Part shown: positions 36,791 through 51,069 of the stretch, piece by piece | Position numbering within the stretch: position 1 is the first letter of the stretch | How the letters are laid out: every line of letters begins with the position of its first letter | Assembly (NCBI RefSeq): GCF_964355755.1 | Contig: NC_092677.1 | Coordinates: forward strand, 19,924,101-19,988,100 | Reading direction: 5' to 3' | DNA length: 64,000 nucleotides | Origin: Antedon mediterranea | Lineage: Eukaryota > Animalia > Echinodermata | Position numbers and translations under genes: made by a program | Notes under the pieces: generated by a model | What the model was told of the DNA's origin: nothing | The model's database searches: none | Seen by the model: the letters and a program-made list of their open reading frames with translations, nothing else

Positions 36791-37424
36791 CTAATACAGT
36801 ATTAAGAAAAAACTCCGTCTGGAGCCCAGACTAGCTCTCCGTGTGTTTTTGATACAAACTTTCCGAGACTCGTTCATCATTTCATTTGTTACAATTTGCC
36901 TTTATTATTTTAATATTGTTCATACCTATTCAATATATTAACATATATATCCACGACACTTTATTATTTTATTTAGTCATCAAAGCATGCATTATGAATT
37001 GAAAATATTACATAATTGTTATTAATAGGACGTAGTTATGGGATGTTTCGTTCCAAAATTAATCAATCGAACTTTATAATGTACTACCGCACGCGCGCGC
37101 AATATTCTTTGCCGCGAGTACTTCTGTACGCTGTGCACATCGATATTTCACCGTAAAATGTGCAATTAAATTTTTTTTAAATATAAGAAAAAGTTTAAAG
37201 TATTTTCTTGCTCCTATACTTTACATGAATTAACGGAGACAAGTTTGACACAAATTGATCTGCATATCACGTGACTATAATCCAATATATATATGGCTCT
37301 GGCTGCCTAGGCTAGGCTCTCAGAGCGTCATTCTGACGACGAGCATTCTCTACTTCTCTACGGAGCGCCATTTATGCCTTTATTTACATCTGAAATAGAA
37401 ATAGTACTACGGTAACTGGTCCAG

Positions 37425-37760
37425 TGGATCAAATTTTGCACCGGTGGAGCACAGTGATATAGAATAGAAATAAGTCACTAATTTAAATATATTTCGTATG
37501 TTAATATTTTGCTCAAGTGGACCCAATTTGGCACAAGGGGAGCACAGTGATATAAAATAGAAATAAGTCACTGCATTTTAATATCTTTTCGTATGTTAAT
37601 AAACTGTGCTCAAAAGTGGACCCAAATTGGTGCTAGTGGAGCACAGTGATATAAAATAAAAATAATATTTTAATATTTTTTCGTATGTTAATACACGGTG
37701 CTCAAGTGGACACAATTTGGCGCCAGTGGAGCACAGTGATATAAAATACAAATTAATAAA
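37425..37760. repeat. Tandem repeat, ~95-bp unit, ~3.5 copies
   Basis: Recurring GGAGCACAGTGATATAAAATAGAAATAAGTCAC...CGTATGTTAATA...CTCAAGTGGAC. Confidence 0.8.
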
Positions 37761-39214
37761 GTCACAAAATTGTAATAAATTTAAGAAACAATATTCTTTG
37801 TGTTCTCTTTTTAGCAGAGTAAATCTTTAAAAAAAAAAACAATTTTCATTATTTTCCATTAAAAAAAAATATCCGTAGATGTTCGAACCCAAGCTGACAG
37901 CACAAACCTGAACATTACCCGTTAAGCCACAAAGTAGTACATGACTGAACAGCTGATAATAGTCTATTTATACGTGTATTATGTTACGTAATTCATCATT
38001 ACGTCATAATATATTAACCTTGTTAAAACCAAAATGGGTTTGATTCCAATGCTGGTCGGTAGAATAGAGTTAAAGGTATGCGACTAACTTTATTTGAGGT
38101 TCACGGAATTATACGTCCCCCTTTCCACCACACATCATGATGCGACAACATCAATAATCCATCTGGTGATGTGCTGCTGGAAACGACGCCAAAAGGCTGT
38201 GGCAGGGCCTTAGTGCCGAGGCAGGGAGAGCACATTTAACATATTTTTTTTTATTTAATTGTTTTTTCAACCTGTATTCGATCTCGTAAATTTTATGTTT
38301 GCCGTCTTCAATTTTAAAAGAAATTGAATTTATTATTTTCATCGCAGGTGTACGAAACAGTTTGGTATGCTGTGCGTTGTTATGCAATGGTTGTGCAGGT
38401 GTAGTGGGAAAGACGCCACACTGTTAAATGTTGATTTTGTTAATCAATGTTGCTACATTGGTAGCGAAATGTCCGATGCATGCAAGATATTGTATTGTAA
38501 TATGTTATGAAACACGTTTATGGTAGTTGGTGTGTATGGCCGCACCGTCCCAGAATAAACATGTTTTAAACAGATAGTTTGTCTCCGATGGTTTTTGTAT
38601 GAGTTTAATGGAGAGTGAAATAAGATAAATAGAACATTTTGCAAAGATGCCGATTTCTAGACCAATTTCGAAGCTTAGACTAATTCTGCCGCCGGGCTAG
38701 GCCTTAAGCATATACGAAGTCGAGTTTTAAAGTAGAAACCCCCACCTAAATTGTTGAAGTCGCATCTGGATAGTTGACATTTTAACATTATCATAATTAT
38801 CATAGGTGATTATGTATAGTAATAAGTATAAGTGCAATTCTGGGCTCTATTTTCATTAATAGCTCTGCCCCAACCGTGGGCTAGTACTGAAGACTTAATA
38901 TTTAATTTTATATTTCAATGAATAGGTGCACTTTCCGGGGACAAGCTCTATTGTCCTGGTGTGAGTCTTACATAGTTTGTTTCATATAATTTCAAATCAT
39001 GTAAATTGCCATTTTTTTCGGCCGGGAACCTATGCAGCTATATTTTTCAAACTTGTCTTTGCTCAGCCCTAAGCATGATGGTGGGGTACAGTTGTTTGAA
39101 AAAATAATAGATGTCCAGGGACCTTGTAACAGTTTGGTATGCCGTGCGTTGTTATGCAAATGAGTTTGTGCAGGTGTATTATGGGGTGGGGGGGGGGGGG
39201 AAGATGGTATTGCT

Positions 39215-39822
39215 AGTGACCCCTATTTTTAAAGAAGGTGACAAATCTGATGTAAATAATTACCGCCCAATTTCTGTCTTACCAATTGTATCTAAGATTA
39301 TTGCACGATCAAGTATTCCTATAAGTTTTTAACAAATAATAATATTTTAAACCCATCACAATCTGGTTTTAGAAAGAAATAAATACAACACTTTTAGATG
39401 TATCTGACTATATTCTAAATAATTATAATGATGGTAATGTAACTGCTGCAATATTTTTAGATTTAAAAAAAGATTTTGATACTGTTAATCACAAGTTACT
39501 TATTGCTAAACTTAAGGAAATTGGTATATGTAATGATGCCCATACAGAGCAACATGTAATGATGCCCATACAGAGCAACATGTAATGATGCCCTAAATTG
39601 GTTTACTTCATATCTAAGTTATAGATCACAAGTTGTAAATGTAAATAGTTCAATTTCTGATTTAAGAGAAATTGAAATTGGAATTCCACAGGGCTCTATT
39701 TTAGGTCCTTTGTTATTTATTATATATGTAAATTCTCTTCCTGATGCTGTTGATTGTAAATGTGTTATGTACGCTGATGATACCATTCTATTATGTAGCT
39801 CCTCAAATCCTATAACTCTGCA
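39215..39822 (+). mobile_element. L2/CR1-group LINE reverse transcriptase fragment
   Basis: VTPIFKEGDKSDVNNYRPISVLP, FLDLKKDFDTVNH, GIPQGSILGPLLFIIYVN and YADDT, with frameshifts. Confidence 0.85.
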
Positions 39823-40270
39823 AAACAGCAACCCAGCAGCTCTCGAAAAGAACTCCAGGTGGAAAAGAAGCCCACCAATGAGTACTAAAAATGAAGGAGC
39901 ACATGGGCTTCTTTTCGAGGCTTTATGGAAGTCTATTTAATGAAAAATAATGCCATGCAACTTTGTTTCTGTATTTTAAAAAGGTCCACTTGTTTAGACC
40001 TGACATTTACAACCCTGAAAATATCTCTCTTTCAAAATCAAAGAAATACAATATTTATTTTCAATTATAAAAAAAAAATAAAATATCCGTAGAGGTTCGA
40101 ACCCAGTCTACTAGAGCTGAGAGCACCCAAACCTGAGCATTACCCGTTACGCCACAAAGTAGTACATGACTGAACAGCTGATAATAGTCTATTTATTCGT
40201 GGAATTAACTCTATTCCACCGATATTAAAATCACTGATATGGCTTGAAACTAATTTTTCTTTTGCATTAA

Positions 40271-40789
40271 AGATGTATTGTCCATTGAAACACAAAAAAT
40301 GACAGTCAAAATATTCTAAATTTAAATTGGCCATATCAAAGTAATATTAAAGTTATTCACTTTAAGTCGAAAATTCGAGGCAAAAGCAACAAGTTTACGT
40401 AATTAACAGTTAAATTAATTTGATTACATTTCATCTGGAAAATCTCACAAGCGAAAGTAAACAAAGATTTCAAACCACGAGTATGCATTATGCATGATGC
40501 TAATTAGGATTGTTTACAACTCGTCTCGGTTGAGAAGGTGTTTTCACACAGATCGCGAGGAAGTTTTATGATTATGCATTATGAATATGTTTTGATCGAA
40601 AACTTTGACTGGAAGTCAAAGTTATTTTTTGAACCAAAAAACGTCCGTATTTCGGTTAAATTATTATTTTTTTTCGACTAATTTTTGGTGAAAGTTAATA
40701 ACTATCATAATACTTCAAAATGACCCACTTTTTTTAGAAATATTAAAAAAAAATTTTTTTTTTGAATTACTCAAAGGGACAATACATCT
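40271..40789. mobile_element. Kolobok-type MITE (same TIR family as 21428-21774)
   Basis: TTAA|AGATGTATTGTCC ... GGACAATACATCT; the right TSD is damaged. Confidence 0.72.
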
Positions 40790-40809
40790 TGGAGTAACCG
40801 ATATTTAAC

Positions 40810-41286
40810 ATATGATAACATATAACGTTGATATCCGACGTTGACATAACGTCATAAAGATGATGTCGATTCACCTTTCAAATCCAACTAAAATCCAATG
40901 TATCACCGACGTCGTGGATGGACGTCAATTTGACGTTGATTTCCGACGTTGACATAACGTCACAACGAAGACGTCGATTCACCTTTCAAATCCAACTACT
41001 CCAACGTATCGTCGACGTCGTGGCTGGACGTCGATGCAACGTTGATTTCCGACGTTGACATAACGTCACAAAGAAGACATCGATTCACCTTTCACATCCA
41101 ACTATACAATTCAACGTTGTATTGACTTTGTAATTGGACGTCATGTAACGTTGATATCCGACGTTGATACAACATTGGCATAATGACGTCGATCCACCTT
41201 TCATATCCCAGCGTCTTTTCAACGGTGTGTCGACGTCAGGGTTCAACGTTGATCCAACGTCAATCCAACGTATTTTGCCCGCTGGG
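40810..41286. mobile_element. End fragment of an EnSpm/CACTA-like element with GACGTTGA-rich ~110-bp tandem subrepeats
   Basis: Repeated ACGTTGATTTCCGACGTTGACATAACGTC...GATTCACCTTTC, ending in TTTTGCCCGCTGGG. Confidence 0.6.
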
Positions 41287-41542
41287 GAATGTACACTAGT
41301 TTGTTATTTCATAAAATGTTTTATATTTGCAAAATATATTAATTATCATAATTCTATGTATTGTGACATGTATAATATCTATTATATCGATAAATCCAGA
41401 GAGTTGTAATGGTGTGGCCTATTGTTAAATAATTTTTATTTTACTTACTCTGGACGCACCTTCATTCAAGAAGTGTGCCACTGTTTTTCAAGTGTAGCTT
41501 CCAAATAAATTATTATTACAAAGATCTTATATTATTATATAG

Positions 41543-41570
41543 GGGGCGCCATATCGGGATTGGATTGGAT
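41543..41570 (+). promoter_or_regulatory. Putative DYNC1LI proximal promoter (GGCGCCAT plus tandem inverted CCAAT boxes)
   Basis: GGGGGCGCCATATCGGGATTGGATTGG, 60-85 bp upstream of the ATG. Confidence 0.4.
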
Positions 41571-41628
41571 TTACGACTGATCGACTAGGCGTGAGGCTAG
41601 GCAGCCAGTTCGTATGAGAAATATCAAT

Positions 41629-41690
41629 ATGGCACCCATTAGTGAGAAGATGGGAAGTGAAAATGGAGAAAAAGAAGAACAAAACCTGTG
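41629..41690 (+). CDS. DYNC1LI2: Cytoplasmic dynein 1 light intermediate chain (probable co-orthologue of DYNC1LI1/2), exon 1
   Basis: MAPISEKMGSENGEKEEQNLW, donor TG|GTATGA; resembles the vertebrate MAP...EEGQSLW N-terminus and splices in frame to exon 2. Confidence 0.85.
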
Positions 41691-43170
41691 GTATGAAAAA
41701 CTGTTTTATTAGTATTTGTAAAAAAAGCAAACAGCCTTTTAAACAGATAGGATCTAGGCCTATCCAAAAGATGCTTGCTACCAAACAAGGCCTACTAGGC
41801 CTAGGCCTATTCCTAGGGCCTAACCAAGTATTAATAGGCCTAGTACTAGCCTAGGCCTAGCTAGGCCTAGCCTACTAACTTGTAGGCCTAGCCTAGGACT
41901 AGCTAGGCCTAGTACTGTAGGCCTAGACTAGAGGCCAAGAGTATAGGCCTAGGCCTACTAGGCCTTGGCTAGAGGGCCCTAGCCTAGTAGGCCCATAGGC
42001 TAGGCCTAGAGAGAGGGGTGTGTCGAAAGCGAAGACCTTACGAAATGGTAGTGTGCACAAAATCCGACCAAAATCAAACAAAATCGTGATAACACCTTGA
42101 ATTTACAGATTCTAAAAAAAGATTTCGATTTTAATCGTTATGTTTAGGTACGTGTGATAAAACTTAAAACTTGTCAAAACTGAATAAATTATACATTTAA
42201 TAATTCAGGAAAAAGTTGGCAATTTAAAAAAAAAATCATAAACATTGATCAATGCGTTGAATTTATATAATTTTTTACGTTAATTTTTTTTACAAGATTT
42301 TAAGAATAGGCATTTCAGTGGTGTTAATTAAGAGTGAAAATTGTGCTTTTAACTTGAGAAGTTATTTGTTTCTTTAACAAGGTAAATCTCCGAAGAAATA
42401 TTCAGGACCAACACTTCCACAGTCTCCATCCCTAAATATTCAACATACCCTCCCCACTCCCATCCTCCCCACCCCCGGGGGAATGATGTCCTTTATCTGC
42501 ACCCATTGTCCAGCATGTCATTTTAAAGCTTTTTAAGTAAAAAATACAATTCTCTTTATTTTGCAGAAATCAGCAAGATTTATTATACAATCTGAATAGA
42601 AACCAAGACAATACTATACTACTACAGTATTATATTACTTGATACTTTACCATTACTAATACAGTAATTTTATTTGTACATGAATCGTTTATAAAAAAAA
42701 TAAAATCAAAAATGTTATACAGTACTCTTAAATGGTTCATCTTCCTATTGCGTTACATTTTTGGGTTACATTACTTTTTTAATATTTTAATTGATCTAGA
42801 TCCTCTTTATTGTGTCTTTTAAATAATCAAATCCCCATAAATAAAATCTATAATCAACAGCCAATTGATAAGGTGATATTTTGAAATCCTTGCCATATTC
42901 TTCATTAGTCTGTCTATACTGCCATTACAAAAGGCTTAAAAAAAAAAGAATAAAATTTACTTAAATCAACTCGAAAACAATGCGAAATATAAAACTGAAA
43001 ACATTTGAACCCTTTCACTGCGTATACCCGGTACTACTGTACCGGGTATAAACAGACGTCGTTGAAATACGTATACACTGTAATACCGTGTATGGGCAAA
43101 ACAATATGCTTTAATCGTATTTTCCTATATAAAGCACTCTCTATATTTCTTCGATGAACTTGAATATTTT

Positions 43171-44482
43171 TACTTTCCCAATACCGGACTCTCCCAAAAC
43201 CGGAATTCACGGAAAACCGGACTTTTTTGGAGGGCCCAATTTGTCCCTATTCTAAATGTACTGTAATTTATTATGAAAACCGGAATACCCAATTCCGGAA
43301 TCCGGACAAATTATGAAGTACAAAACACGAAAATTAGCGTCAGAAAACCGGAATGACAGTTAAAAAACACCAAATATTTACGAAAACAACGTAACATCGT
43401 CGTCGCTGACTTGGATTCAATATAACATTCACAATGTACAAAAGCTTTTAACCATACCCTGACCGGACCATGCATGAAGTGCGCGACGTTTCGCGGTACG
43501 ATCAAATAATGTTGCCATGGAGCGCTACACTGTGATTGACAGGTCAGTTAATTGTTAACCCACGAAGCGGCAATTGCTTTGTTGTGTATCGAACTGCGGT
43601 AAAGCGCTATGTCTTAATGTCTATTGTTTTTAGCAGGGAGTTGTTAACAGGGAGTTGTTGACAACTCCCTGTTTTTTAGCATATGAATTGTTTTTTTAAT
43701 AAAGTTCAATTTTACATTCCACTTTGTGTCTTTGTTATGTTTAAATTATTGTTAAATTCACAATTGCAATAGAACTTTAAAAAGGAATGTTTCACTAAAA
43801 ATGTGCATCATTATAAATTTGGAAATCATTATGGCAAAACGTAAACGGAATGAACTTGACTTAACTAGTGTTAATAAACTTTGAAATGTCACCAATTAAT
43901 TATTGTGTCATTATTGCTTGGCTCGTTTATTGCTATCAAATTACGTCAAAATAAAGGAGCTTAAAAAACATGTGGTCTAAGTGTGGGTGTTTTTATTTGA
44001 TAATGACACCTCTGCACATGCGCATCAATCAAAGCCCCGCTCTGCTATTTTTATCACCCATGCTGCTGCTAGCTCGCGATAAACAATAAACGACCAAAAT
44101 TATGTTCACCGTACGTACGTCATAGGCCTAGCCTGGGCCTTTTTGCCGCTAAAAAAACACATTGAGAAACAATAATTTACTACTGTAACATGTTTTATTG
44201 GTACAGTAAATGTAATTTTTAAAAAAGGTAAATTGAATTAGCTTAATATTAATAAAGTAGGCCTAGGCCTATCAGTATTATTTAATTAAAACTAGCTTGA
44301 CACAATCATAGCCTAGGCCTTCCCTACGCTAGACCGTACCGGGCAGCATTCGGACCGGTGATTCAAAGCATTTTCAATGACAACGTGATGACTTTAAAAA
44401 TATGTTTTCAGGAAACTGGACTTTCGAAAAACCGGAAAATATATGCCCGCCCAAGGGTGTCCGGTATTGGGAGAGTTGACTG
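43171..44482. mobile_element. Tc1/mariner-pogo-like MITE with a truncated left TIR
   Basis: Right end GTCCGGTATTGGGAGAGTTGACTG|TA; left end CCCAATACCGGAC. Confidence 0.7.
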
Positions 44483-44878
44483 TACTGTACCGGGTATAAA
44501 CAGACGTTGAAATACGTATACACTGTAATACCGTGTATGGGCAAAACAATGATTTAATCGTATTTGCCTATAATATAAGCACTCTATATTTTTTCGATGA
44601 ACTTGAATATTTTTGCAAGTCATTAAACATTTTTTCCAGCCAAAAAAAAACGGCCCTCAGTCTATAGTTGTATTATCGTCTTGAAAATAATGCACCCTCT
44701 ATAGTTAATTAATTAATTATATTAGTATAGTATATATAATAGTATTTCTATCTTGGAAAGTTGTTTTGAATAGCGTAATGGTGGCCATTTTGAAAGTAAC
44801 AAAAATTTACCAGCCCCAATAGGGCAACATCGTGTTTATCACAACATGCAAAAAAAAAAAATTATGAAACAATAGTTA

Positions 44879-45804
44879 TGCCCGTATTCTTAAACCGAAC
44901 TTTAGTCGTAGTTCGAGCTAAAACTAAAAAAATTACGTCATTTTAATTCATAAACCGAACTTCAACTAAATCACCGACTAAATCAGGCCAACCTCGACTA
45001 AATCGAGACGGATTTTGATCGATTTTTTTAGTCCTGGAGGGGGCAGACTAAATGGTCGACTAAATGGTTTTTAAACAATGTTTATAAAAAACGTAACAGT
45101 CATTGAGTTGTTATATTGGCCAGATATTGACGAATGAAATATCTATATTTATATTAGCTTAATTAAATATACATTGGTATATGTTATAATAATGAAAATC
45201 ATCTTTATTTACAACTGTATACAAATTACATAATTTTCTTCGCGCAAGTCCGACTTCAACTACGTAACGCCATAGCGACAATGGCAGATGCGGAAATTCA
45301 CCACGCGATGGAATGTTTAGTGGGCCTAGCGCTTTCTTGTCACGCTATGAAGTGCGTGGTTCGTCGCGATCATACTTTGTTGGGGGCCTAGAAAATATAA
45401 AAGTTACCGTACCGCCATGGTTCCTAAATATATTTTGAAGATTTTGTTTGTTGTTAATCAAAAGTACTTCACTGTTAAATTAATACTGATCTTGTTCTAA
45501 TAATTAACGATGAAAATTATTTTTCATGTATAGTCCTGATGCGTAAAAAGTGTTGTAAGAAAATGGAAAGTGATATCAATGCGCAAAATTTCGTCTGCTC
45601 CTCAAATACTCTCTTGTCATTGGCCAATGTATAGCCTTTGTTACCCAGACGTGTGCAACTCGACTAAAAGCTCGACTTCATTAAGTCGAACTGCAAACTT
45701 CGACTACTTTGTTTTTGAATCGAATTTGAAGTAATAGCTCGAACTACGACTTTTCCAAGTCGAACTTCGAACTATGACTAAAGTCCGGTTTAAGAATACG
45801 GGCG
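44879..45804. mobile_element. PIF/Harbinger-type MITE
   Basis: TTA|TGCCCGTATTCTTAAACCGAACTTTAGTC ... GACTAAAGTCCGGTTTAAGAATACGGGCG|TAA. The empty site is seen in the 1622-2746 copy. Confidence 0.85.
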
Positions 45805-48711
45805 TAAGTATTTGTACTATAGTGAATTTTTGGAAACTGTCATTATTTTCACGATTTTGCCCCAAAACTTTGATTTGTGCATAATTTTTATAAAACAATA
45901 AAAATAATTCAATTTTCTTTTATATTTTTATTTGTTATACGTATCTTCATCAATATCCAGTTGGAAAAACGTATTCCATAAGAATTTCTAATAGAAAATA
46001 TAGTTTTTATCATTGATTTGATTAAAAACACGAAATCCAAAATACCTGTAATGACGTCACATGACGTCATCAATATGCAAATTACTTTTTTTTTTATACC
46101 TAACTGTAGACTAACCCTTTGCCCATCACACGCCACAAAAATAATTACACAATTATCTCAATTACGGTAGTATTTTTTTGCAATTTATTAAAATATCATA
46201 TAAATTATGTTTTTCTTAAATATATATTACGCACAGAGGTGGGAACAATGCTCCGCAGTGAAAGGGTTAAGTACATTACAAAGATAAACACTATTTGTAG
46301 GAAATGGTTTAAAAAATACATGATTGAATTATCTACCAGCTAGGCTGAGAGGACAAGCGTGTCACCTGATTGGTCAAACTATAAAATGACTCCTCAGCTT
46401 ACAAAATAATAATTGTTATTAATTAGGGATGATGACTTCACATACACATGTCGTATTGAAACACATCCAAACAATGGACAGAAATCCCTAATCATTACAA
46501 TGCAATTTGACATTGGTGACCCAGGCCTAAAAACCTGCTAAATGCTCCACAAATAAAAAAACACTTTCGCAGGCATGGATTTTGATTAAACTTCGTCAAA
46601 TGACACATTTTAGTCTAAATATTATGGACCTTTTAAAAAAATAATGGACCCACTTTTTGTTCTTCCTCTTTTTACGTTTTTTTGCAACCACAAAATTAAA
46701 ACACTTGCCACACCAGCCTGTCATAGATGGATTTTCGATGTGAAAAAAATCCCGGGCCAAATTTGACATTTCGTCCCAATAGCTTACTGTGAACTAACAG
46801 AACTTTATTTTATATCTTATTATTATTGTCAAAATCAATAATAATACTGTATTAAAATTATGATTTGACAAAAGGCTAATACTGTAGAACGAACGATAGG
46901 CATCACAATATTCTGAAAATTTTGCTCGATCGTTAACCCGTTATAATAGTATATAATTCTGTTAGATTTGTTTGTGTAGTGTCAATTCTATATTTAAATG
47001 GTCATTACACCACCGGTAACCAGTTTCTTCAATTTTTTAAAATTTTTATTTTCTTTTGACAATCTTTTGAAAATCGGGAGACTGTTGGAATAGTCGTCTC
47101 ATCCACAAGCCTGTGAGATAGACGGTTGGGGGTTAGAGTGGTTAAGCCCGATAAAAATTCACCATCACTTAATAAAGATTTATCTCTTTTTGTATTCACC
47201 ACGGGCAATGCTTGAAAAAAACAAAAGTCATTTTTTTTTAACTTTGATGATGAGGGCAATTGTGGTTGGCGGAACTGGAACTTCTTTTAACAGTGTCGTT
47301 AAATGTAATACCAATATGAATAAACAGGTTAAGATAAACATTCTGTGAAGTTTTCATCACATTTTAAATATTGCTTTTCAAAATACAGTTCACAAAAGTC
47401 TTCAAACGCTGGAATTGCCCATGTATTGATTTTTATATAGTTTTGAATTTAAAAAGATTCAGATTTACCGATCATAGACATTTAGAAAAACCGTACATCA
47501 AAATTCTGTGAAAATTTACTAAATAAAATGCCATTTTCCAATTAAAAAAAACCCAGTAATTTACCTAAAACTAGCATTTTAAAATGATTTTTTTGTAGTT
47601 AAAAGGTTAAAAGGTCAGAAGTGGTACCTCTGATAATTATTTGATTAAACTTGTCATTAAGATAAATATAAATATGTATATTACGAACAATTTGAGACCA
47701 TAATTGAGTTTCTAGAGTAAGCGGTTGTCGAGATATATGATATAGATGGCCATTTTGAAAAAGCGCCCCCACACAGTGGAAAACGCATCTAAAAGTTGAA
47801 CACCAAGTTGAAATTTGTTTCTTATGATATTATTGACCACATGAAAGTGAAAAATCAAACTTGGCCAAATTGCATAAAGTAACTTACAAATGCTGCCTGA
47901 CTATAAGTTGCAAGTTGTCTTTCCATTTTAGTTCTGACAATACTGAACCACATTTATCCAGCAAGCTGCCTGGTAATTCAAAGTAGTCCTTCTACAATTA
48001 AACTTGTTAACACGCTAAAGAACATACAGTAGGTTACTAAAAACGCCTTCACAGCAAACCACAGGCTATATACCGTTGTTCACCTGTGTGTGCAATTGTT
48101 ATTTAAATTAGGAGATCATTCAAGAATACAGTTATGGATACGTAAACACATACGAATCATTATAAGGATTCTTACAGTATTTAACAATGTTAATATATGT
48201 TTTGGTATTGGAAAATGTCATAGTTTCGATGCATTAAATACACTAATTTTGATAGCTAAAAGATTTATATTCAACTGTAACATTTTAGAGGACCCACTGT
48301 ATTTTAACAAATTCAAAGTCATTGTTAAAAGAAATAATGAAATAGAAAAATATATTGCTTTTGAAAATGATAATATGCATGCATATAACCTAAAATGGAC
48401 CAATTTAAGAGTATAGTCTGCCATTTAAATACCTCATGATTTGTATAAATTGTTACTTGATTTTTTTTTTTATCTTGTTGAGAACCATTTTTTGTTTGTT
48501 TTGTCTTGTTGCCACAGCTGGTGGTGCGTTGTGTTTTTGGAAATGAAATAATAAAAAAAAAAAAGCATATGTTGATATAACGTATGCGGTACACAATGTA
48601 TATTTATTTATATAAATATACTATACTATATAGTACTATACTATATTAATATAAAAAAATATAAGATTTCTATACATAAGAAACATTCAAATACATTTTT
48701 TATTTTTACAG

Positions 48712-48785
48712 GTACTCTATTTTAGGAGAAGTTTCAAGTCATTCAAGCTCAAAGCTACCAACAAACAAATCCATAATTGTCTTGG
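48712..48785 (+). CDS. DYNC1LI2: Dynein light intermediate chain, exon 2
   Basis: YSILGEVSSHSSSKLPTNKSIIVLG; TTTACAG| ... G|GTAAG. Confidence 0.9.
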
Positions 48786-48851
48786 GTAAGTTTTTTTTAT
48801 GTAACAAGTCAAATTATTTACAGCAAAAAGACAGGTTATAGTTTGTTATTA

Positions 48852-49515
48852 CCGTACTGACGCGGGTATAAGCCCACCCCCCTTGAACATGAAATCATGT
48901 CAAGTTTGGGGGGTGGGCTTATACCCGAGGATCCAAAAATGCAGATCGTCAAAAACAGCACATGTACACTGTGTGTATTATTCCACCATGCGAGCGAGCG
49001 CCCTCACGTGTACGACGTTGCCTCTAAATACGAGGTGTAGAGTGTCGGAAAATTAAGCTTATAGTTCGTGTAATTTATCGTAGAATATCTTATTTTAAAC
49101 ATCAATTGAACAAGAATTTATCAAGCAGAAAAGCAAGTATACAATGTTCGTTAAATAGAAATGTACCAAAGAAATTTAATAAGCTTGTTTATGGCAGCCG
49201 ATACCAAATAGTGGTTTTCTGTTTTGGCGACTTGTAGCGTCGTGTATGAAGCGATCTTCGACCGCGATGGAGTGTAAACAAAACAGGACCGCTAGGCCTC
49301 ATATGGCCTAGCGTATATTAGCCTAGCTTGGTTATGATCAAAGGTATTCGGTGTATGGACGTCGCCAAATACAAAATAATGTATTACGACACACACTATA
49401 GATCTTCGAATTAATGGGTGGGCTTATACCCGAGTGCCTAATTTTTCATGAAAATTAGTCAAAAGTCGGGGGTGGGCTTATACCTGAGTATGGGCTTATA
49501 CCCGCGTCAGTACGG
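48852..49515. mobile_element. pogo/Tigger-like MITE
   Basis: TA|CCGTACTGACGCGGGTATAAGCCCA ... TGGGCTTATACCCGCGTCAGTACGG|TA. Confidence 0.88.
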
Positions 49516-50241
49516 TATATGTTTGTTGGCAAATTGCAGTTAAATTTGGAAGCATTCACTTTTACAATAACGAGTTTAAAGTTATGATTTTTGTCAAACG
49601 AATTAAATCTATGATATCACAGAATTGTACAAACAAAATTTTTTATGAAAGTTAGTTTTTAAGATTGGTCAACAAAGTTGGTCCAATGGTAATTTGCACA
49701 CATTTGGTCTGGCGTTAAAAAAGTCTGGTTGGTAAAAAAGTAGCCATTAAGTTGTCTTTTTAACTAACTATACTAATTATAATAGTACAGTATATACACA
49801 ATATTCTATTTGTAGTAGAATTCATTGATACCTATTCTGAAATTTAAGTGTTTTGATACAATATTTACAGTATTTTATCATTTCTCAATATTAATTATGT
49901 TGAGTTTTCCATATCTAGGGGGTATTTATTTGATTATATTGTACATGTTACCATATTACACCCAAAAAAATAAACGCCTCCCTAAAAATAAAAGCCTACT
50001 GAACAATAAACACCCTGGGGCGGTACAGTATGAGAGAAATTTAGTCTGAAAAAGGCAATGAGTTTTAGTTATGAATTCATCAAAAACTCTCTTTGGCAGA
50101 CAAATAACTGCATATTAGGCCTATCTTTATTGTAAAACAACTGCATTCCTCTGCTAGTTTTAAACGGACATTCCAATAAAGGTACGATAACTGGGGTGTA
50201 GGCAAGACATAATCTGTCACAGTCTGGCAGTATCACATTAA

Positions 50242-50647
50242 AGCAGAACTTGGCCGAGGACAATATTTTTACAACGTATTAGGGATGTACTGTACATATG
50301 ATTTCAGAACAATGTGCTTGCCATATAGCTGTCGCCGTAAATTGCTGTGACGTCACAGGTGCATCGCAAAATCTGAGTCCAGATAAGCAAAAGAAACAAT
50401 AAAAAAAGAAACATTTATCTTTTTACGATTTATGTGTGTGTGTGTTTACTAGAAATTTTCGCGATTTGCCAGACTTTGCCAGAAAACTCATTACATAAAT
50501 GTTGCGATGTACCTGTAACGTCACAGCAATTTACGGCGATGGCTGTACGGCGAGCGCGTGTGGCGATATCTTTAATTTCGCGATGGTTCTGAAATCATGT
50601 ACATCCCTAATACATTGTTAAAATATGGTCCTCGGTCAAGTTTTCCT
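50242..50647. mobile_element. Kolobok-type palindromic MITE
   Basis: TTAA|AGCAGAACTTGGCCGAGGAC ... GTCCTCGGTCAAGTTTTCCT|TTAA, with long imperfect inverted arms. Confidence 0.8.
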
Positions 50648-51069
50648 TTAAAACAAATTAAATGTATATCATTATTTTCAGTGGCCTATCTTCACCGTTA
50701 TAACAAATATTGGCAGGTTATGAGCGATGAAATCAACGGCTTATCTGATGTTTAGATCCAATCCAACAATAACAATAATTAAATTTAATAATTCAATAGT
50801 TCAAAGGTTATAGATTTTTTTTTGGACATCCAGAAAAAATGTTGGCAAAATTTGTTGTGATAAACTTTAGGATCAATAGTGTCTTTAATTGATTTGTGAA
50901 ACTCTGTGATATACTGTAGGTTTACTAAAATTAATACACTTACCCTTTAAAAATTCTTCTAACTATAACTGCATTTTTCAACCCAAAATTTGAGTGATTT
51001 TAATTATAATTTTAAGAATTGACACCAAAAGATAAGATTGCATTAAATCTTCTGATTTCTATTTGATAG

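Larger units (their letters stand above)
43010..46266. mobile_element. piggyBac-type MITE (inverted relative of 1622-2746) expanded by two nested MITEs
   Basis: TGAA|CCCTTTCACTGCG ... CGCAGTGAAAGGG|TTAA; the body matches the reverse complement of 1622-2746. Confidence 0.85.

Noticed and set aside
40810-41286. Repeat-spacer-like pattern
   Set aside because: The intervening parts are also repeated, and it ends in a CCC/GGG-type transposon terminus, so these are subterminal repeats.
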